From Candidatus Lindowbacteria bacterium RIFCSPLOWO2_12_FULL_62_27 (GTDB taxonomy: Bacteria > Lindowbacteria > 2-12-FULL-62-27): a DNA stretch of 37,659 bases. A program made the position numbers and the translations under genes. The DNA is taken from contig MFPR01000028.1 in assembly GCA_001784175.1 (NCBI GenBank), forward strand, positions 225,955 through 263,613, given 5' to 3'. Below the pieces are notes generated by a model, which saw only the letters and a list, made by a program, of their open reading frames with translations, did no database searches and had not been told where the DNA came from. Below, in pieces: positions 27,938 to 34,700 of the stretch. Within the stretch, counting starts at the first letter, position 1. Each line of letters opens with the position of its first letter.

Positions 27938-27985
27938 CTTGAAGCTTGACAGGTTTTACCCTCGAACCCTTGAACCCTCGAACCC
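27938..27985 (-). repeat. Right outer inverted repeat: CTTGAA...TTTTACCC-(TYGAACCC)3
   Basis: TCGAACCC 27962-27969, TTGAACCC 27970-27977, TCGAACCC 27978-27985. Complementary to 27381-27422. Confidence 0.85.
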
Positions 27986-28697
27986 TCCTAAACTCGCCTA
28001 TGTGTTGTGCGCCGGGATCGGCAAGCGGCTCCGGCCGCTGACGATCCGGTATCCCAAGGCGCTCCTGCCGGTGGGGGGGCGGCCGATGGTGTTTCACGTG
28101 CTGGACGCGCTCTGTGCGGTGGGCGTCCGGCGGTTTCTGGTCAACCTCCATGCGCATCCGGCCGTCCTGCGGAGGGAACTTCGGGCGTACGGCCGCAGGC
28201 ACAGGGTCCGGTTCATGTTTCTATATGAAAAGAAACTTCTGGACACGGGTGGGGCGCTCCGAAACGCGGCCGAACACCTGATCGAGCCGTTCTGGCTCGT
28301 CAACTGCGATTTTTTTCCGGCCGGATTCTCGTTCGCGGCGATGGCGCGGGCGCATGCCGCAAAGAAGGCGATCGTTACGCTGGCCATCCGGCCCATGTCC
28401 CGGGGCGAGCCTTTCACTCCGGTCGGCCTCGACCGGCGCGGCCGGATCATCCGGGTGTCGGGCGTCTTCGGCGCCGGCGGAAGGGACCACGTTTTCCTGG
28501 GCGTCCACCGGATCGACCCGGCGGCGCTCGCGCATCTGTCCTTCAAGAAGATTTTCCCGATTTTCAGCGGTCTCTACCGAAATCTTTTCCAAACCGGTCG
28601 CTCCATCCACGCCTTCGTCTGCCGTCCGGCGTTTACATTCGATCTGGGAACGCTCGAAGGCTATTACTCGGCGAATTTCGAATTCATCCCCCCTTGA
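27939..28697 (+). CDS. Sugar-phosphate nucleotidyltransferase (NTP_transferase family, MurU/GMPP-like); start uncertain
   Basis: VLCAGIGKRLRPLT..PKALLPVGGRP, VNLH, E..LLDTGGAL, VNCD, DLGTLEGY. Confidence 0.85.
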   Translation: MKLDRFYPRTLEPSNPPKLAYVLCAGIGKRLRPLTIRYPKALLPVGGRPMVFHVLDALCAVGVRRFLVNLHAHPAVLRRELRAYGRRHRVRFMFLYEKKLLDTGGALRNAAEHLIEPFWLVNCDFFPAGFSFAAMARAHAAKKAIVTLAIRPMSRGEPFTPVGLDRRGRIIRVSGVFGAGGRDHVFLGVHRIDPAALAHLSFKKIFPIFSGLYRNLFQTGRSIHAFVCRPAFTFDLGTLEGYYSANFEFIPP

Positions 28698-28720
28698 AAA
28701 GGGGGGAACGAGGGGGGTTT
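28688..28720. repeat. REP-like G/C-run hairpin
   Basis: CCCCCCTT-GAA-AAGGGGGG followed by AACGA-GGGGGG-TTT. It supplies the stop codon of the nucleotidyltransferase. Confidence 0.55.
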
Positions 28721-28761
28721 CCGTCTTTCACCGATCTCTGACCGAATTTCATTCAGCCGTC

Positions 28762-28790
28762 TTGAACCCTCGCGCGTGCTGTGGCACGCT
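28762..28790 (+). promoter_or_regulatory. Putative extended -10 promoter of fumC (probably leaderless)
   Basis: TTGAAC-N17-CACGCT with TG-n before the -10. ATG 7 nt downstream, no SD. Confidence 0.4.
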
Positions 28791-28797
28791 CGCGGCC

Positions 28798-30195
28798 ATG
28801 AAATTCCGCGTTGAAACGGATTCGCTCGGCGAGGTCCGCGTGCCCGCCGACGTGCTCTGGGGCGCGCAGACCCAGCGCGCGGTTGAGAATTTCCCGATCA
28901 GCGGCCTTCGGATCCCGCGCCGGATGATCCGGGCGCTGGGGCTTTTGAAAAAGGCCGCGGCCGTTGTCAACCGCGCCTCCGGCCGGCTGGACGCACGGCG
29001 CGCCCGGGCGATCGTGCGGGCGGCGGAGGAAGTGGCGGCGGGCCGGTGGGACGCTCAGTTTCCCGTCGACATTTTCCAGACCGGGTCCGGCACGTCGTCC
29101 AACATGAACGCCAACGAGGTCATCTCCAACCGCGCGATCCAGATTCTCAGGGGGAAAGTCGGTTCGAAACGCCCCGTGCATCCCAACGATCACGTCAACA
29201 TGGGCCAGTCCTCCAACGACATCATCCCGACCGCCATCCACATCGCCGCCGCCGAGTCCATCCAGGGCGATCTCATTCCCGCGCTCGAGCGGCTCCATCA
29301 GGCGCTGGCCGCCAAGTCCCGCGAATTTGATTCTGTCGTCAAAATCGGCCGGACCCATTTGCAGGACGCCGTGCCGGTCCGGCTCGGGCAGGAATTTTCC
29401 GGATACGCCGCGCAGGTCAAACAGGGTCTGCGCCGTGTCCGGACCGCCCAAATGGCGCTCCGCGAGCTTGCGCTGGGCGGAACCGCCGTCGGAACCGGTC
29501 TGAACGCGCGTCCGGATTTCGCGCCTGCGGTGATCCGGCGGATTTCAAAGGAGACCGGCATCGCCTTTCGCCAGGCGGAGAATCTCTTTGAAGCGCTGGC
29601 GTCGAAGGATGCCGTGGTCGAGGCCAGCGGCGCCGTCCGGACGGTGGCCGCGAGCCTGACCAAAATCGCCAACGACATCCGCTGGCTGGGCTCGGGCCCG
29701 CGCTGCGGCATCGGCGAGCTGATCTTGCAGGACCTCCAGCCCGGCTCTTCGATCATGCCCGGCAAGGTCAACCCCGTGATGCCCGAGATGATGCTCATGG
29801 TCTGCGCGCACGTCATCGGAAACGACGCAGCCGTCACGGTCGGCGGCCTGTCCGGAAATTTCGAGCTGAACGTCATGAAACCCGTCATGGCCTATAATCT
29901 TCTCCAGTCAATCGAAATCCTCGCGCACGCCTCGGACGCGTTCACCACACGCTGCGTCCGCACCCTCCGCGCCAACAAGGAGCGCTGCGCGGAGCTGATC
30001 GAAAAGAGCCTGGCGATGTGCACCGCGCTCGCGCCCAAAATCGGATACGACGCGGCGGCCGCGATCGCCAAGGAATCCTACAAGACCGGCAAGACCGTCC
30101 GCGAAATCGCGCGGGAAAAACGGCTGATGTCCGACAGGGAATTGGACAGGATCCTCGACGCGAGGCGCATGACCCACCCGGGCATTCCGGGCTGA
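28798..30195 (+). CDS. fumC: Class II fumarate hydratase
   Basis: Starts MKFRVETDSLGEV. WGAQTQRA, QTGSGTSSNMNANE, HPNDHVN, KIGRTHLQDA, signature GSSIMPGKVNP. Confidence 0.96.
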   Translation: MKFRVETDSLGEVRVPADVLWGAQTQRAVENFPISGLRIPRRMIRALGLLKKAAAVVNRASGRLDARRARAIVRAAEEVAAGRWDAQFPVDIFQTGSGTSSNMNANEVISNRAIQILRGKVGSKRPVHPNDHVNMGQSSNDIIPTAIHIAAAESIQGDLIPALERLHQALAAKSREFDSVVKIGRTHLQDAVPVRLGQEFSGYAAQVKQGLRRVRTAQMALRELALGGTAVGTGLNARPDFAPAVIRRISKETGIAFRQAENLFEALASKDAVVEASGAVRTVAASLTKIANDIRWLGSGPRCGIGELILQDLQPGSSIMPGKVNPVMPEMMLMVCAHVIGNDAAVTVGGLSGNFELNVMKPVMAYNLLQSIEILAHASDAFTTRCVRTLRANKERCAELIEKSLAMCTALAPKIGYDAAAAIAKESYKTGKTVREIAREKRLMSDRELDRILDARRMTHPGIPG

Positions 30196-30250
30196 GCATT
30201 CGTCGGTCCCCCTCTACCGACCGCTTTCTCGCTCCTTTGTGATTACATCA

Positions 30251-30286
30251 ATTGACAAGTCAATACAAATACAGTTAAATACATAC
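30251..30286 (+). promoter_or_regulatory. Toxin-antitoxin promoter/operator
   Basis: TTGACA 30252-30257 sits inside the perfect inverted repeat ATTGAC-AA-GTCAAT (30251-30264). AATAC direct repeats follow, then an AGGAGG RBS. Confidence 0.65.
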
Positions 30287-30300
30287 AGGAGGTGATCCAG

Positions 30301-30525
30301 ATGAAGGCGACGACGATGACGTTGAAGCTGGATCGGAAACAGATGACGGAACTCGAACGGGTGTCGGAGGCGACTCGCATTTCCAAGTCCGAGCTGGTGC
30401 GGCAGGGCATCGAGATGGCGGTGAGGAAATACACGGATGGATCCATTACCCGGGAATTCCGGCGGCAGGTGGACCAGAATTTGCGCGCGGACAGGAAACT
30501 TCTCGGTCGGCTGAAGGACGCTTGA
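30301..30525 (+). CDS. Ribbon-helix-helix antitoxin of the Doc toxin
   Basis: TMTLKL..L..SE.T.ISKSELVRQGI RHH pattern. C-terminal helix ends LLGRLKDA and overlaps the doc start. Confidence 0.8.
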   Translation: MKATTMTLKLDRKQMTELERVSEATRISKSELVRQGIEMAVRKYTDGSITREFRRQVDQNLRADRKLLGRLKDA

Positions 30526-30908
30526 ACTATCTCTATCCGGACCAGGTCCTCTACATTCACGACCAGGTTGTGGCGGTCAGCGGCGGATCGCTTGGACTGC
30601 GGGACCGGTCCATCCTCGAGTCGGCCGTTTTTCGGCCGCAGTCCAGTTTCGGCGGCCTGGACCTCTATCCCGATCTCTTCACGAAGGCCGCGGTCCTGTG
30701 CCATTCGCTCATCCTCAATCATCCTTTCGTCGATGCGAACAAACGCGCGGCTTACGAAACCCTTCGGGTGTTCCTCCAGATCAATGGCAGAGATATATCG
30801 GCCAAAGACGGCGACAAATTCGACATGCTCTTGGCCGTCTCGGAAAAGAAAATGACGGTCGATCAGATCGCTGCCTGGCTGGAGGCTCATACCAAGCCGT
30901 TGAGATAA
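30522..30908 (+). CDS. doc: Death-on-curing (Fic/Doc) toxin
   Basis: IHD, GLRD..LESA..RP, YPDL..KAA, Doc motif HPFVDANKR. Confidence 0.92.
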   Translation: MNYLYPDQVLYIHDQVVAVSGGSLGLRDRSILESAVFRPQSSFGGLDLYPDLFTKAAVLCHSLILNHPFVDANKRAAYETLRVFLQINGRDISAKDGDKFDMLLAVSEKKMTVDQIAAWLEAHTKPLR

Positions 30909-30935
30909 AATAACCTATTTCTTTCCTCAGGCCGT

Positions 30936-30964
30936 TTGTCCGTGTGAACGAAATGTGTTAAAAT
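30936..30964 (+). promoter_or_regulatory. Sigma70 extended -10 promoter (leaderless) of the small ORF-nucleotidyltransferase pair
   Basis: TTGTCC (30936-30941)-N17-TAAAAT (30959-30964) with TG at 30956-30957. ATG at 30970. Confidence 0.7.
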
Positions 30965-30969
30965 ACGGC

Positions 30970-31167
30970 ATGCAGAGAGTCACGGAGTTCAAAACGGGTT
31001 CATTCGCGGATGCCCGGTCGTTTGACGCCAGGTTCTGGCGGCAAACAGGTTCCAGCAAACGCTTTGCGGCCGTCTGGCAAATGGTCCGTGAATACCTGAA
31101 ACTAAAGGGTAAGAATGGAAATCAGCTCCGATTACGAAGATCTGTTCAAAATATTAAATCGTTTTAA
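30970..31167 (+). CDS. Small hypothetical protein partnered with the nucleotidyltransferase
   Basis: SF.DA..FD.RFW......RF.A.W.M..RLRRSV pattern, recalled from short ORFs that overlap this NTase family. Confidence 0.65.
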   Translation: MQRVTEFKTGSFADARSFDARFWRQTGSSKRFAAVWQMVREYLKLKGKNGNQLRLRRSVQNIKSF

Positions 31168-31654
31168 GATCAAGTACCTGGTGGTCGGGGCTTACGCCGT
31201 GTCCTACTATGCCGCCCCGCGATTCACCAAGGACCTGGACATCTGGATCATTCCGGACATGAACGAGGCCGGCCGCATTTACCGCGCGCTCAAAACATTC
31301 GGGGCGCCGTTGCGGGAAATCTGTCCGGACGATTTTTTGGACAAAAACATGATCTACCAGATCGGCGTTGCGCCGGTGCGCATCGATATTCTTACCCATC
31401 TGCCCGGCGTGCCGTTTAAACAGGCGTGGAAAAACCGAAAGCGCTGCCGGTTCGGCGGGACCCCCATTCAGATCGTCGGCATTCGCGAATTGATTCGGGC
31501 CAAGAAAATCGCCGGCCGGCCTCAAGATCTGCTTGACCTCGCCAATCTCAACATCTCGCCCGTCCGGAAAAAGCGGCATCAAAAAGATTTTCAGGCCGCG
31601 CTCGATAAGGCCAATCGCCTGCACGGCGGAACACTCCGCAAACTTGCGAAATGA
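31115..31654 (+). CDS. Pol-beta-superfamily nucleotidyltransferase (putative TA/Abi-type) with an extra C-terminal antitoxin-like helix
   Basis: YLVVGAYAV..PRFTKDLDIW, RIDIL, LI.AK..AGRPQDLLDL, then about 35 extra residues. Confidence 0.82.
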   Translation: MEISSDYEDLFKILNRFKIKYLVVGAYAVSYYAAPRFTKDLDIWIIPDMNEAGRIYRALKTFGAPLREICPDDFLDKNMIYQIGVAPVRIDILTHLPGVPFKQAWKNRKRCRFGGTPIQIVGIRELIRAKKIAGRPQDLLDLANLNISPVRKKRHQKDFQAALDKANRLHGGTLRKLAK

Positions 31655-31661
31655 TCGAGCG

Positions 31662-31689
31662 CGTAGCCGACCCTTAAAGGGCGGCTGCG
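31662..31689. repeat. GTAG-type REP-like hairpin
   Basis: CGTAGCCG-A-CCCT-TAA-AGGG-CGGCTGCG. No U-tract. Confidence 0.5.
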
Positions 31690-31721
31690 GGGTTGCTCAC
31701 GCTTTGGAGGAAACTTTTCCC

Positions 31722-31750
31722 TTGACGAATCCTCCGGCGCGGAATACCAT
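31722..31750 (+). promoter_or_regulatory. Sigma70 promoter of the giant surface protein gene
   Basis: TTGACG (31722-31727)-N17-TACCAT (31745-31750). Confidence 0.65.
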
Positions 31751-31791
31751 GCCTCTCTTTATACACACATATATATACTAAGGGGTGGCTG

Positions 31792-34700
31792 ATGCTCGGA
31801 ACTCGCGGGGGCGGGGGGGGCGGTCGTGAATCTCGTCTGTCAGGTGCGGGGGGTGCGTATGTCCGCGCGGCTGCGCGTCACCGCCCAAATAACTCAATAA
31901 CTCAATACTTGGCACTGATTATGCTGTTTCTGGTCCTGCCGGCCGCTTCCTTTGAGGCGTCGGCCGCTGTCTGGTACGTGAATGACACGTCCACGACCGG
32001 CGACTCGTACACGTACGCTGCCGGGTCGGACACGCAGGGGGGGACGACGACCCTGCCGTTCAGGACCCTCAAGCAGGCCATCGATTCGGCGTCGGCCGGG
32101 GACACCCTTTACGTCGACGCCGGGATATACGACTCCTACGTTTACATCACCTCCACCGAAACCGCCGCCGTTCACATCACCAAGGATTCGATCGCGATCA
32201 TCGGCAAGGATTCGGCGTCGACCATCATCGACCCCGCCGGCGAGAACACCATCACGACCATGTACGGCATCTACGCCGACACGCAGGTCAACCTCACGAT
32301 CAAGAACCTCGCCGTGACCGGCGCCCAGCACGGCGTCTATTTCGTGAACGTCGATGCTTCGACTCTCACCGGCGACAGCGTCAGTTCGAACGGGGCCGCC
32401 GGGATCAAACTGGACGCCGGGTCGGATTCAAACACCATCAGCAACAGCCTCCTCTACGCCAACGGGTTCGCGGGCGCCAATGTCGTGTCCTCTGCGGGAA
32501 ATACGCTGACCAACAACCTGATTCAGGGCAACACCGCGATGGGCGTGATGATGGACCTCTGTCCGAGCGGCACGGTGAGCAACAACACCGTGACATCGAA
32601 CCCGCAAGGCTTGGAGGCGTCGGCGTGTACGGGGATCATTTTCACGGGCAATATGGTGACGGCGAATTTGGGCGACGGCCTGACGGTCTTTTCGTCCGCC
32701 AACTGTCTCGTGACGAACAACGTGTTTCGCAACAATTCGCCGGGGATCAGCCTGTTCGGGGCCGCCGGCAACGTCTTTGTTCAAAACACCCTGGATTCGA
32801 ACGCGAACTACCAGATCAGCATTTCGGGCACGTCGTCGTCCGACACGTTCATCAAGAACAACATTACGCCCAGTTCCAGCAATCCCGACAGCGCCATCAC
32901 CAACAGCTCATCGGTGACGACGAACAAATTCACGATGACCCGCAACTGGTGGGGCACGACGGATGAAGTCACGATCCGAAAACGCCTGTTCCACGACGGC
33001 GGCGGGGATTCGGTGACCTTCAGCCCCTACCGGCTGGCCGTGGTCGATACGTCCGCCGTCGCCGACACGACCGCGCCCCTGCCGCCCATCGGCGTTACCT
33101 GCACGGCCGCGACCGGCTACATCACGGTCACGTGGGCGATTCCGACCGTGGACGAGGAGACCAACGGCGGGTCGTTCGCGTATGCCGGCGCGAAAATATA
33201 CCGGCTGACCAACACGGCCGACACGAACAACTGGGCCAACTCCGCGAATCTCGTGTGGACGGCGTCGTCGACCGCGACGTCGTGGAACGACACCACGGTG
33301 TCGTCCGGGAGCACGTACTATTACAGGCTGTCCTCGTTCGACGCCGCGACGTTCGTCAACCACTCGGCCCTGTCCGACACCAAATCCGCGTCCGCGTCCG
33401 GCGCCACCGCCTGGTACGTGAATGACACCTATTCGTCCTCCACCGACTCGTTCACCTACTCCGCCGGATCCGACACGGGCGGGTCCGGTACGGCGGCCAG
33501 TCCGTACCGGTCGGCCGCCAGGGCTCTACAGTCGGCGAGGTCGGGCGACACGATCTACGTGGACGCGGGCGTGTATGCGGACACGTACGTGCACGTCTCA
33601 TCGACCGAGACGGCCGCCTTCAAGATCGACACCGACAACCTCACCATCATCGGCGCCGGATCGGAGAAGAGCGTGATCGATCCGCCCGGGGCCAACGACA
33701 TCACGACGATGTACGGCATCTACGCCGACACCCAGTCGGGACTGAAGATCCAGAATCTGGGTGTGAGGGGCGCGTACGTTGGGATCAAGTTTGTAAACGT
33801 GGACACGTCGACCCTGATCGGGGACAGCGTCAGTTCGAACGGCCAGCAGGGGGTCTATCTTTTAAACTCCTGCGATTCCATCACAATCCTCGATGACACC
33901 GTGTCATTCAACGCTTCCAGCGGCCTCCTGATCGAGTCGAGCCGCAAAAATCACGTCGGCGGGAGCGTCGTCAGCGCCAACTCGTTCCACGGCATCTACC
34001 TCAACGCAAGCACCGGGAACACCCTGCGGGGCAACACGGCGAACTCGAACGCGGTGATGGGCATGATGGTGGAATTGGGGTCGACCGACAACTTGGTGGA
34101 GAGCAACACGCTGAATTCGAACGCGGTGCTCGGCCTGGAGCTGTCGCAGGGCGCGGACAACAACCAGGTGGTGGGCAACACGATGAAGGCAAACTTGACG
34201 AGCGGGATAACGGTGAATGCGAGTTCGTGGAACACGTTTGTCGGCAACGTGGTGGCGTCGAATTTAACCGCCGGAATTGAGCTTTCGTCGTGCACGGCCA
34301 ACGTCTTTGCGCAGAATACCCTGGATTCGAACGGGAACTATCAGATCAGCATTTTTGGTACATCTTCCTCGGACACGTTTTTCAAGAACAACATCGCGCC
34401 ATCCTCGAGCTTCCCCGACAGCGCCGTCACGAACAGCTCGACGATCACGACGAATAATTTCACGATGACCCGCAACTGGTGGGGCACGACGGATGAAGTC
34501 ACGATCCGAAAACGCCTGTTCCACGACGGCGGCGGCGATTCGGTGGTGTTCAGCCCTTACCGGTTTGGCCCGGCCGACACCGCGGCCGGCGCAGACACGA
34601 CCGCGCCTCTGCCGCCGATCGGCGTTACCTGCACGGCCGCGACCGGCTACATCACCGTCACATGGGCGATCCCGACCGTGGACGAAGAAACCAACGGTGG

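Noticed and set aside
27381-27985. GGGTTCGA octamers as tRNA fragments or att sites (they match the T-arm GGTTCGA)
   Set aside because: Only 8 nt match, arranged as tandem inverted arrays. There is no cloverleaf, no tRNA 3' end duplication and no integrase.
28354-28797. N-terminal extension of FumC from the ORF track
   Set aside because: It overlaps the nucleotidyltransferase. FumC homology starts at ATG 28798.
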